A DNA stretch of 63,524 nucleotides, the filler included, from Stramenopiles sp. TOSAG23-3 (lineage: Eukaryota): assembly GCA_900128585.1 (NCBI GenBank). It is 6 parts of 6 records of this genome, joined end to end, with 100 filler letters (N's around TTAATTAATTAA, not from the genome) between each part and the next. Parts side by side here need not be neighbours in the genome. Positions count along the whole stretch, not along the records: positions 1 to 27,416 come from LT642262.1; 5 more parts are not named here. The stretch is one strand, 5' to 3'. A model generated the notes under the pieces. It did not search any database and was not told where the DNA came from. It saw only the letters and a list, made by a program, of their open reading frames with translations. Below, one piece after another: positions 1-10,016 of this stretch. A program made the translations under genes and the position numbers. The stretch's first letter is position 1. Each line of letters opens with the position of its first letter.

Positions 1-169
1 GGACAGCGGCCATGTATACTGGGGCTCCGGCACCGATACGGGCGGCAACTCGGCCTTGGCGCAAGTAGCGGGCTACACGCCCAACTGGGAATTGCAAACC
101 GGCTTTGGCACTGCGGCTGGTGCTCTTGCTCTTTTTCTTTCCGCGTCCTCCTTTTCCTTTTCCTGACAT
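1..169 (-). CDS. H2A: Histone H2A, 5' part (runs off window start; absent from the ORF track)
   Basis: Manual reverse-strand translation from ATG at 169: [56 protein letters not shown], with the H2A signature [14 protein letters not shown]. Divergent from H2B. Confidence 0.97.
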   Translation of the reverse strand, partial: MSGKGKGGRGKKKSKSTSRSAKAGLQFPVGRVARYLRQGRVAARIGAGAPVYMAAV

Positions 170-1213
170 GATTGTTAGTTTGTTTTGTTTATATGTTTTT
201 TATATAATGTTTGGTTGATTCTTCTTTCAATACTTTCCGTGGTTTCTTTTCTTTCTTTTTCATTTCCATCCGTGCCGGAACAACCCTTGCACGAGTTGAA
301 TTGGATGTCGTTCGTATTATATAGTTGTGGTGTTCTGCTGCTTCTTCTTCTTCTGTAATAATAATTATATTTTTTTTTATTTTTTGGAAGAAGAAGGAAA
401 AAAGGGGTGGGAGAAAAAGAAAATAACATCCACATACCATAGAAACAAGAATTTAAAAAAGATGGAAGAGTTATATACATAGGCAGAGCATTGAATTTGT
501 GAATTGAAACGTTGGTAAAGAGAATATAAAGATATAATATGTATGTAATGTAATATATTTATAAAATATTAACATATAAATAGAACTATCATCTAATAGT
601 ATTAATGTTATAATGATGTATTATTAATGGATATAGTATAATTTCCTATTTGTAATAATGTAATTAAATAGTAATGTACATTGTTTATAGTTACTTCATT
701 TTCAATATACAATATTATATAGGATAATAATTCCTTTCAATTGAAATGTATGGTATTAATATTACACTTTAAATAATATACTATTATTTGGTCGTTTATT
801 TATAGTTTATTACATAGGTATTTTGTATATAATTTTTGAATTAGTATATTCACTTGTTTTAAATGCTATATTGATACTATTTCAAAACAATTTCTTAAAA
901 AAGGGCGCGGAAGATAAATGAAATTCCAAAACTTGACTTTTATTCTATTTTCAATGCTATGTATATGTTATTTTACATAAATATTTTCATTTTCTCTTTT
1001 TTTTCTTCTTCTTCTCCCATTCTTCCTTCTTCTTCTTTTTTTTCTTCTACTACCGCACTACGAGACCTACCACTACGACCGACAGATTCAACTCATGCAA
1101 GAGTTGTTCCGGACTCGACTGGATAGAAAAGAAATAGAAAAGAAACAAACGGAGGGAAGAAAAGAAAAGAATTAACCAAAAAATATATATAAAAACATAT
1201 AAAACAAATCAAA

Positions 1214-1555
1214 ATGGCCAAAACTCCAGCAAAGAAATCCGCAAAGAAAGGTAGCTCCGGCAAACGCCGCCGCCGCAGGACCGAAAGTTTCTCGATCTAC
1301 ATCTACAAAGTCTTGAAACAGGTACACCCAGACACCGGTATGTCCAAGAAAGGTATGTCCATCATGAACTCCTTCATCAACGACATCTTCGGAAAAATCT
1401 CCGAAGAAGCAGGTAAACTTGTACGATACAACAAGAAAGCCACCCTTTCTTCCCGCGAAATCCAAACCGCGGTACGACTTGTACTTCCAGGTGAATTGGC
1501 CAAACACGCCGTCTCCGAAGGTACCAAGGCCGTCACCAAATTCACTTCCGCTTAA
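1214..1555 (+). CDS. H2B: Histone H2B
   Basis: [31 protein letters not shown]...[32 protein letters not shown], canonical H2B histone fold; intronless. Confidence 0.99.
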   Translation: MAKTPAKKSAKKGSSGKRRRRRTESFSIYIYKVLKQVHPDTGMSKKGMSIMNSFINDIFGKISEEAGKLVRYNKKATLSSREIQTAVRLVLPGELAKHAVSEGTKAVTKFTSA

Positions 1556-1605
1556 GTGCACTCAGTGAATTCTATTTATTTAAAATAGAAAACCAAAACA
1601 AAAAT

Positions 1606-1621
1606 GGCTTTCTTCAAAGCC
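1606..1621 (+). promoter_or_regulatory. Histone mRNA 3' stem-loop (SLBP-type)
   Basis: GGCTTT-CTTC-AAAGCC: 6-bp stem, 4-nt pyrimidine loop, A/C-rich 5' flank, 50 nt after the H2B stop. Fits the GGYYYT-loop-ARRRCC consensus. Confidence 0.88.
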
Positions 1622-2274
1622 GCATTTAGAACCAAAAGAAAAGGAACGTCTCTTCTACCGTGTACATTTTTTAATTCCCAAGTCTTACAATACTATATTT
1701 CTATGCACAACTCCTTCCCTTAGATCAGAGACTCGGTGGTGAATGAAAGAAAAACTCCTCCATCATGGTTAAAAATTCCGCCGTAGTCAGCAATAGTACG
1801 GTAGTGTAGTTGTAATAATGGATTATTGAGTTAGGATTAGGGTACATACATTACACCCTATAGCACCATTTAAGTGATTTAATAGAAGAGTACATTTTAT
1901 ATTTAAGCAATAACAGCTGATGTGGTGTGGTAATGTTCTTTCTTCTGTGTCTGCTGCTCTGTTGCTGCTACAACACTGTAGCTGATGAAGAAGAAGAAGC
2001 TCCTCTCGCGGCGGCGCTCTTTTTTCTTCTTCTTCTTTTCGGCGGTTCGGCGGTCGTCTCTTTTTTTGGTTCGGGGTTTTTTGTATTAATGTCGTATAAA
2101 AAAAGAAAGAAGATATACTGTAAAATATTAATAAATAATTCTCAAGTTGTATCTGAGATTGACGTTTGTGCTCCTTCGTTTCTACCGACGGAATTTTTGT
2201 GAGAGTGATTATCAAATGGAAAGGGGCTGACAAGTGTTCGTATTGAAATATTTTGTAGGAGGGCAGCCTTGAAA

Positions 2275-3081
2275 ATGAGCAATACAGGCGCAAAGAATGG
2301 TACTGAAGATACCAACACGGGATATTATCAAACCCACTGGAGTAATGTGTACAAGCAAGATGCCAACAATGAGACTGCTTGCGAATGGCATACTTCCTAC
2401 GAAAGGGTTCGATCGTTTTTAAGTCCGTTCATTAGGACAATGGTTGCAGATGGGCAGAAAAAGAGGATTGTAGATATTGGCTGTGGCGGTTCTTCTTTCG
2501 GCAACGAAATTTTGCAAGAGTACAGCGGCTCCTTCGACCGCCTGACTTTGATAGACATCAGTCCAGAAATTGTAAAAATCGTTGCAAAACGGCATGAAGC
2601 GGATAGCCGTGTCCAAGCCTGTGTCGCGGACTGCCGATTCCTGGACTCTATGGTAGAAACGGGGAGCGTCGACGTGATCATCGACAAGGGAACGCTGGAT
2701 GCACTCGTGGGGACGGACGACAAGAAGGCGATGCTGAAGGAATGCTATCGTATATTGAAGAAAACGAAAGGGTCGGAAGGACTGATGGTCTCCGTGTCCT
2801 TTGGTTCGGTGGAACGTCTTCGCCTCATCGAAGAGGTTTGCAGAGACCTGGGTATGCAGTGGAGACTAAAAATCGTTGCAGACGGTGACCCAAGAGATGG
2901 CTTCAAAGCGAACTTTGTTTTCCTTTTAAGTTTGGATGCACTGAATGGGGTTGTCGTAGAACAAGATGCGCTGACAACTGTCGTACTGGATCGCATCGGG
3001 CGTACGGGCAGTATGTTTGTCGACGAAGAAGACGCTGTCAGCGCTGCAGATTTATTTGGTGACGACGAAAAAAGTGAATAA
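2275..3081 (+). CDS. Class I SAM-dependent methyltransferase, METTL13/EEF1AKMT4-like
   Basis: Motif I VDIGCGGS, post-I LIDIS, VDVIIDKGTLDAL motif of eEF1A-KMT-type enzymes. First ATG at 2275. Confidence 0.85.
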   Translation: MSNTGAKNGTEDTNTGYYQTHWSNVYKQDANNETACEWHTSYERVRSFLSPFIRTMVADGQKKRIVDIGCGGSSFGNEILQEYSGSFDRLTLIDISPEIVKIVAKRHEADSRVQACVADCRFLDSMVETGSVDVIIDKGTLDALVGTDDKKAMLKECYRILKKTKGSEGLMVSVSFGSVERLRLIEEVCRDLGMQWRLKIVADGDPRDGFKANFVFLLSLDALNGVVVEQDALTTVVLDRIGRTGSMFVDEEDAVSAADLFGDDEKSE

Positions 3082-3396
3082 ACCGTTTTCGCACGAACGA
3101 AGATATTAAAGCAAGACATTTGTCGAGCCCGAGGGGATAAAGGGAGTTTTATCTAAAGTTATTACGCACTGACTACTGAAAATTCCAAGGATTCATCACT
3201 TCCTTGCAAAATGTAAAAATAAGAAAACAAAAAAAGTTAAAAAAATATAAGAAAATAAGAAAAAACTTTATTAAATTTTTTAAAAGAATAGTGTACGAAA
3301 AACAAATTAATATAGTAGTATGTTTTAAGACTCTCATTTTTAATCAATCACTAGTATTTAGTATTTATGTTTTTTGCACAAACGCCGAACAGTTTC

Positions 3397-4548
3397 CTAG
3401 CAACTCCGAAACAAATCATCCAACCATAATTGTGCTCCTTCGGTTTCCCCATAATCCTCCAATTGCATTTCAGATACAAGTATACAAGGGTCTAGGGCAC
3501 GAAAAAATTCCAAGGCAAAAGAGCGATCCCCAAACAGCACTCGGCAAGCGTCTTTTTGCGTCATTACAACCCGGCTATTTCCCTTGAGGGCAACCTGCTT
3601 TATTTCCCCCATGTCTTTGCTTGTAAAATAGTGGTGGTCCGGAAAAGAAAATTGGGGAGGTACATCCCAGAATTCTGAAGGCAGCAATCCTCCCAAGTCG
3701 ACTAACGAGCGATGAAAAGCTTGGGGGTTCTCAATCCCAGATACAGGGAGTATGTTTCTTTCGTACACCAAATGGTCCGATGCTTCAATGCTTGATTTCC
3801 TAAACACAAGGGCCCCCATCTCGATTTTATCCGGCTCCTGTAATGTCACTGACTTCATTCTTTCATCTCCATCTTCGACGGCCAGAAAATAAGATGGCAC
3901 CATATTTGCTTTGCAAAACTTTGGAATGCGTTCGCCTGCCTCAAAAACACTTTCAATCTCTTCCTTAATTTTCATCTCCTCAACCGATGATACCATGTTT
4001 GTATTGTACAGAACGATCCGAGTCGCCCGAGTAAGCGCATTCAATGGTTCACGAAGTTTTCCATGTGGTATCAACTTCCCATTTGACCATGGGTTGATGC
4101 AGTTTACACAAACGATATCTTCGTCCCGCTCCACGTGCCAAGTCTGGAACGCGTCGTCCAATATGGCAAATGTTTTCTTTAAGTCTATCCCGCTGTCCTC
4201 CACTTTTTGGGACGCTTGTTCCGCCGCCCGGACACGGTTTGAGCCGATCCCAACGATGGTGTTTTCCGGGCAATTGAGTGCGTACTGGTACCTTTCATCT
4301 TGCCCATAGCCACGTGATAAAATCATTGGGGTGTTCCCTCGCTTTGAGCACTCACGGGCTAAAAGTTCTACCAAAGGGGTTTTTCCAGTGCCTCCAGCGA
4401 CAACGTTTCCGACCGCAACGGTTTTCAATATCTGTCCCTGAACTCCTGGGCCTAACCTAAGTGCCTGTCTCCGAGATATACGTCGATGTGTGCGCAAACC
4501 CATCATGTACAGTTTGGAAAGGACAGGCAACCCGCTGCAATCTTTCAT
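3397..4548 (-). CDS. lpxK: Tetraacyldisaccharide (lipid A) 4'-kinase
   Basis: VGNVVAGGTGKTP P-loop, ILSRGYG, ILDDAFQ, LIPHGKLREP, SGIENP, FPDHHYF, MTQKD: the LpxK motifs in order. True N-terminus uncertain (an in-frame AG acceptor lies just upstream). Confidence 0.93.
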   Translation of the reverse strand: MKDCSGLPVLSKLYMMGLRTHRRISRRQALRLGPGVQGQILKTVAVGNVVAGGTGKTPLVELLARECSKRGNTPMILSRGYGQDERYQYALNCPENTIVGIGSNRVRAAEQASQKVEDSGIDLKKTFAILDDAFQTWHVERDEDIVCVNCINPWSNGKLIPHGKLREPLNALTRATRIVLYNTNMVSSVEEMKIKEEIESVFEAGERIPKFCKANMVPSYFLAVEDGDERMKSVTLQEPDKIEMGALVFRKSSIEASDHLVYERNILPVSGIENPQAFHRSLVDLGGLLPSEFWDVPPQFSFPDHHYFTSKDMGEIKQVALKGNSRVVMTQKDACRVLFGDRSFALEFFRALDPCILVSEMQLEDYGETEGAQLWLDDLFRSC

Positions 4549-5051
4549 ACCAGCACGTGAAGGACGAAGCTGTTAAACAAATTTACTACGTGATAGCTGC
4601 CAAAACGAAAGACAAAACACTACCCGCTACACCAGAACTCCACGTATGCTATCAAAGACCCCATCGCTTGGTGGATCGCACTGTGCAAGATTCAAACAAC
4701 TTTTCTTCTCGGGGGCTCAACCTTCTGGAAAAGGCTGTGCTCTTCCTAACATGAATGTTGTGCTATTATGAAGTGCGTGTATGAGAATATTTTCGGAAGA
4801 AAAATACATGCGTAATCTACCACTAATACGGTAAAATAGTTATGATGCGAATGAGCGCATGCGGATAATAACTGTACCGCGGAGGAGGAGTTGTATATAT
4901 TTTTTAGTGGGAGTACCGCCGTAGTACAAAAGAGGAGGAGGAAGAAGAAAAAATAAATATGTATGCATGTATAGGAATAAATAAATTATAAGTATATATA
5001 ATTTGTAGTCTAAATATGGTATAATCAAGAATTGTCCTAGTCCTCCTCTGC

Positions 5052-6494
5052 CTACAATTTGCTTGACATTCGTGCGCGTTTGAACTTTGTCTCCTTGCTT
5101 TGACATGTCGTTTGTAAAGAATTTCCCTCTTCCAACGCAACAACCCTCTGTCCAATTATCTCTTGGCCATGCCCAGTTGGATGAATACCATCGGGCTGCA
5201 TCAACGCTGACATTTCGGCCTCTTCTTGGGAAATTAAATCTAACCCACTCCTGTAATATACTTCGTTGTCACCCGCGGCGTTCAAATTGGCAACGATGGT
5301 TTTTAGAACGCCTCGAAACTGGGAGAGTGTGGCTGCATTTGCGCGTGTCCCCATTGGCCTGTCGTATTGGTCCAAAATTTTCTGTGCCACTGCAATAGGA
5401 GAAATAACTAGGATGGGAACCCTCGGATGACCATCCCGAATGGTTAAAATAAAACCCAACACATTGCTCCGAAATGTCCGAATGCTCATCGATCTGTCGA
5501 TATACACGTTGATACCTAGCTCCAAGGCCACAAAGTCGCAACAGTCCTCATCACGAATTACCCGTGCCATTGTTTGGTCAAGATGACACTGTCCAGATAC
5601 ACCCAGCGACAATAGGCGTGCGTCACCAAAAAGCCTCGAGGCAGTGCCAACCCAGGTCTCCGATGGCCCCTTCGCCTGGGCCGCTTGCGTTATTGAGCTC
5701 CCGTAAACTATCCAGCGACGAGGCAGATACTGCTGAGAAAGAAGGGGGACCATCCTGCCAGGAATCCCCCCTACGTTCTGTTGGATTTCAGCGCTGTGAA
5801 TCTTTATAGAGCCGGTGTGTGGTAACCAGATGCAGACATGGTGCATATTTGTGTCATCGGCTTCGTCTGTGCCCGTAGGATACAGCAGGTTCATCTTTGA
5901 AAAATTGTGCTCATCTACGTTCCCGCCCGTGCTTTGCTGACTAAAGGGGCCAAACAAAACTTCAAATTTTACTGGGCCCAGCTTATCCTCCGTGAAATCC
6001 CCCCTGTCTTGCATTATACGGGTCGCCATATCTTTCCAGTGGCCGCCATCGTCTTTTCTGACCCTTCGACTGGATCCTCCTTCAATCCGTTTTATTCGTG
6101 AAGGAACTGTTTCGGAACTATAAAATTTTCCGTTTACGTAGCAATCGAACTTTAATTCGCTAACAATGTTGTAAATGGCTTCCGCGACATAAAATGTAAA
6201 GTGGTCCGCCGTTCCTGTTTTAAAATACCCGTCCAAGGCTGGGTGCTGCCCAAAGTCGCGACTGCACGTAAGTTTTATCACCGGTGAATTCGTTCTCGCG
6301 CAAAATTTTACCCCAGATGGAACGGACAATTCGCCGGCAAGCAGAGGGTCGATGGTGTTGTTCAAAAGGTCATCTTTCTTACCCCTCAAAGGTTTGTACC
6401 AGTGCCCTTCTGAACTAAGACTTTCGAACGGAGAAGGCTCTAACAGGGAAACATGCCCATCAAAAAAGTCCGACGAAAGTTGCACACGCTTCAT
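5052..6494 (-). CDS. SGNH/GDSL hydrolase, bacterial SsfX3-like
   Basis: Block I YGSSITQ, block II LGVSGQCHLD, block III LELGIN, block V PDGIHP; N-terminal SGVKFCARTNS and IWLPH resemble the beta-sandwich of SsfX3-like proteins. Confidence 0.85.
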   Translation of the reverse strand: MKRVQLSSDFFDGHVSLLEPSPFESLSSEGHWYKPLRGKKDDLLNNTIDPLLAGELSVPSGVKFCARTNSPVIKLTCSRDFGQHPALDGYFKTGTADHFTFYVAEAIYNIVSELKFDCYVNGKFYSSETVPSRIKRIEGGSSRRVRKDDGGHWKDMATRIMQDRGDFTEDKLGPVKFEVLFGPFSQQSTGGNVDEHNFSKMNLLYPTGTDEADDTNMHHVCIWLPHTGSIKIHSAEIQQNVGGIPGRMVPLLSQQYLPRRWIVYGSSITQAAQAKGPSETWVGTASRLFGDARLLSLGVSGQCHLDQTMARVIRDEDCCDFVALELGINVYIDRSMSIRTFRSNVLGFILTIRDGHPRVPILVISPIAVAQKILDQYDRPMGTRANAATLSQFRGVLKTIVANLNAAGDNEVYYRSGLDLISQEEAEMSALMQPDGIHPTGHGQEIIGQRVVALEEGNSLQTTCQSKETKFKRARMSSKL

Positions 6495-6837
6495 AAACGC
6501 TGCTGTATAATTTGGACCTAGATCCAGCTATCCTATTGTTTTGTTGTTTTACCAAAGTCTTATTAATTGGCGCGTTCCCGAACTCGTTTGTAGAAAAAAA
6601 ACTCGCACGGGCTGCTAGGGTGGTGGCCAAGAAACTAATATTACATTTCGTAAAATGCATTGGTTCTCGGCATTTCTAGAACTTTCCACGAGCAATAATT
6701 GTACTTCTTAATTATTTATTTATTAGTCGTCTTTATTTTATTATTATAATTACCATCATATATCTACTACCTACCACTACCAAGGAGGAGGTATAATAAT
6801 CTCATCTCAATATACCGAGTATTATTATTATTATTTT

Positions 6838-7097
6838 TTCTTCTTCTTCTTCTTCTTCTTTCTTCTTCTTCTTCTTCTTCTTCTTCTTCTTCTTCTTCTT
6901 CTTCTTCTTCTTCTTTTCTTCTTCTTCTTCTTTTTCTTTTTCTTCTTCTTCTTCTTTCTTCTTCTTCTTCTTCTTCTTCTTCTTCTTCTTCTTCTTCTTC
7001 TTCTTCTTCATCTTCGTTCTTCGTTCTTCTTCTTCTTCTTCTCTTCTTCTTCTCTTCTTCTTCTTCTTCTTCTTCTTCTTCTTCGTTCTTCTTTTTT
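6838..7097. repeat. Imperfect (TTC)n/(GAA)n microsatellite in a divergent intergenic region
   Basis: About 260 nt of nearly pure TTC; source of spurious poly-K/E/R ORFs. Confidence 0.95.
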
Positions 7098-7367
7098 TCG
7101 GGAAGAAGAAGAAGAAGAGGAGAGAAAGGATTTTATATTTTTTTGTTTTTTTTTTCTTCTTTCTTTTTTTTTTCTCCTCTCCTCTCTCTTAAAAAATAAT
7201 AATAATAGATATTTAATGCAAGTTAAACGGGAGATTTTCCTACCCGTTTCATACAGGCATGTGCAGGAATTTTGAAACGACATATCGTTATTGTTTTCTT
7301 TAAATAGGGTAGGATTCAGTAAACATATATTTATTCCGAGACGTACAGCAACTGCGTTTATTTCAGT

Positions 7368-8498
7368 ATGGGACAAGCAAGCTCAATAGATGGAACAATA
7401 CCCCAAACCATGCGGGCTTTTTTCTTGGTAAAACCTGACGATGACTACGGAAAGGTCCAAACGGAAGTTCGTGTGGTACCGGTGCCAAAGCCTAAAAGCG
7501 GCCAGGTTCTTATTCGTGTGACTGCGGCGCCTATAAACCCGTCCGATTATGGGATTTGGGGACGCTCCGACACGGGTGGCGAGGAGTTTGTCGCAAAACC
7601 TGCGGGGAAAGAGGGCAGTGGCGTTGTTGTTGCGAGTGGGGGGGGGATGACGGCCAACGGAATGCTGGGAAAGAATGTGGGTTTCGTTGACGTGAAAAGC
7701 GGGGGGAGCTACTCCGAGTACGTCGTTTGCGATGCCAGTTTTGGCACCTTTCCGCTGCCTGACACGGTTGCATGCGAGGATGCCGCATCGCACTTTATCA
7801 ACCCGTACACAGTGTGCGGCATTTTGGACACTGCTCGGGCCCGTCACCAAGGCAGCAAGCGGCCAGGGTTGATCCACACGGCTGCGGCATCCCAGGTGGG
7901 GCAGATGATGATAAAGCTCTGCAAACAGCAAAATGTAACGTTGATCAATGTAGTCAGGCGCAAGGAACAGGTTGATATCCTGAAGAGCATCGGAGCGGAG
8001 CACATCATCAATTCGTCGTCGGACAATTGGGAGAAGGAACTGAAAAACCTAATGACGGAGCTGGGTGTGAACGTAGTGTTCGATGCCGTTGCGGGGGACA
8101 TGAGTGGCAAGTTGCTTAGTCTTTTGCCAAAAGGCGGAACACTTTTTCAGTACGGAAAGCTGAGCGGACAGCCATGTGGTGGAATTGAGATGACAGACTT
8201 GAGCTACCACAAGAAAAAGTTCGAAGGCTGGTTACTCACCAACTGGATACTTGAATTTGGCAAAGGCTTGTCCACCTTGATGAGACTTCGTGCAGCGACG
8301 GCGTGCGTCCACGAAGGGCTGTCGTCCACGACCGGGAGCGGCTGGGCCGTGTCCCAGTTTGAAGACTGCGATTTGGATAACCTCTGGGCAAAATTTTTAG
8401 ACATGAAGACGAGCAGTGGGTTTACCGGGCGCAAACTGCGCCTTCGGTTTGACGTTGGTGGTGGCAGCAAGGCCAATGGCGAAGCTCCCTCCGAGTAA
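7368..8498 (+). CDS. Medium-chain dehydrogenase/reductase (enoyl-thioester reductase-like)
   Basis: GQVLIRVTAAPINPSD, GKEGSGVVV, INPYT, TAAASQVG, VFDAVAG; Zn ligands not evident; MGQASS start. Confidence 0.9.
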   Translation: MGQASSIDGTIPQTMRAFFLVKPDDDYGKVQTEVRVVPVPKPKSGQVLIRVTAAPINPSDYGIWGRSDTGGEEFVAKPAGKEGSGVVVASGGGMTANGMLGKNVGFVDVKSGGSYSEYVVCDASFGTFPLPDTVACEDAASHFINPYTVCGILDTARARHQGSKRPGLIHTAAASQVGQMMIKLCKQQNVTLINVVRRKEQVDILKSIGAEHIINSSSDNWEKELKNLMTELGVNVVFDAVAGDMSGKLLSLLPKGGTLFQYGKLSGQPCGGIEMTDLSYHKKKFEGWLLTNWILEFGKGLSTLMRLRAATACVHEGLSSTTGSGWAVSQFEDCDLDNLWAKFLDMKTSSGFTGRKLRLRFDVGGGSKANGEAPSE

Positions 8499-8735
8499 GG
8501 GGGGGAGGGTAACGTACTTTCAAAATTCAGTTAATGCAGAAATAGAAAATGATAATATTTTGTGCCGAAAATTGATATAGACAACACTGGCTGGGGCAAA
8601 TGCAGGGGTGTGAAAAAAATAATTCTTAAATAACTCCCGGGGTAAATGAGTTGAATTCACTCTTATTAAAATTCATCATGTTTTAATTGATTCTCGGCGA
8701 AAACACACAAAAATATTTTTTGGAAATTTTTTAGT

Positions 8736-9368
8736 TTACCCCGGGGATAAACCGTCATAACCTATCCCCTTTCCATTTCCGAGCCACGCCTTTTTTAATG
8801 CCTGTGCTTCCTTTCCATCGTGCGGAAAGGTATTATTTACCAACTGTAGCACATTTAATGATGGTATGCCATTCTTCACTACATTTGTAATCGACGTAAT
8901 GCCATCGTTTCCAATTCGGTTGGATTCCAGATAAAGCCATCTCAGTTTTTTCAACTTCGGCAATGCGCTGGACAAACATACCATTCCGTAGTCGCCGATT
9001 TTATTCTGGGTAAGATAAAGCAAATTTAACGCTTTCATCTGTGGCAAAACATTGGATAAAGATGCTATTCCTTGATCCCCGATTTGATTCTTGTACAAAT
9101 AAAGCTTACTCAATGCTTTCATTCGAGGTAAAGCGTTTGATAAATATACCATGCCTTGATCCCCAATTTGGTTTTTATACAAATGAAGCTCCTTTAATTT
9201 CGTCATCTCACTCAATGCCGGTGCCAGTGTTCTACACCCTTCATCGTTGATCGATTTCAACGAAAGATCCAACTTCCCCTCAAACCCACTTCCTTGCTTC
9301 AGCACCTGTGTACTTTGAACCCCAACAACTCTTTGCACGCCGCTCCAATCAACAGCTTCCAATGCCAT
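8736..9368 (-). CDS. RNase-inhibitor-type leucine-rich repeat protein
   Basis: About six 28-aa repeats LxxLxLxxNxIGDxGxxxL; first in-frame ATG at 9368; start uncertain. Confidence 0.8.
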   Translation of the reverse strand: MALEAVDWSGVQRVVGVQSTQVLKQGSGFEGKLDLSLKSINDEGCRTLAPALSEMTKLKELHLYKNQIGDQGMVYLSNALPRMKALSKLYLYKNQIGDQGIASLSNVLPQMKALNLLYLTQNKIGDYGMVCLSSALPKLKKLRWLYLESNRIGNDGITSITNVVKNGIPSLNVLQLVNNTFPHDGKEAQALKKAWLGNGKGIGYDGLSPG

Positions 9369-10016
9369 AGACTTACCGTTTACCTTCTTATTCAATCCCA
9401 CTTTTTATTACCTTCTTTCCATAAAGCCTTCCTTTTATATAATTTCTCCCATCATTCATTGTTTCTGTCCCCAACGGTTCATCTAGTAATATATAGATAA
9501 TTCTTTAAAAAGAAGCTGAATTTATTTTATAAACTTATATCTATGTACAACAACAGAAAAGAGAAAAAATGCATATTGTAATACTACCTGGTGGTACGGT
9601 ACCAGTACCGGTAGGAAGAAGAAAATTGACCACAAAATTACTGTTGCATGTCCTACAGGAAGATGAGAAATAGGATTATAAATTATAATTAATATAAGAA
9701 TTTTTTGAGGAAATAAAATTATGACATAAGAAGGAAATAGTATGATAATCAAACCAACCCCTGTATTATAATGATAATATGATAAAAAAATAACAAAAAT
9801 ACAGGGCACAGAATGGCGACAAACTTCAATCGGGGAAAGAAAGTGCTATTATAGCGTGGGATCACAGGTCACAGGGAGGGTTATTATTTTTTATTTTTAC
9901 TACACCAAATTATATAGGTAAAAATAATATTACAAAGATAGTAGACTAGCATCCTCCATCTGAAGTTTTTGATTGATCTTGTTGTTGTGTTCGAGAAAGC
10001 ATCATTTTTTTTTTTT

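Noticed and set aside
6802-7376. Poly-Lys/Glu/Arg ORFs
   Set aside because: Translations of the (TTC)n microsatellite.
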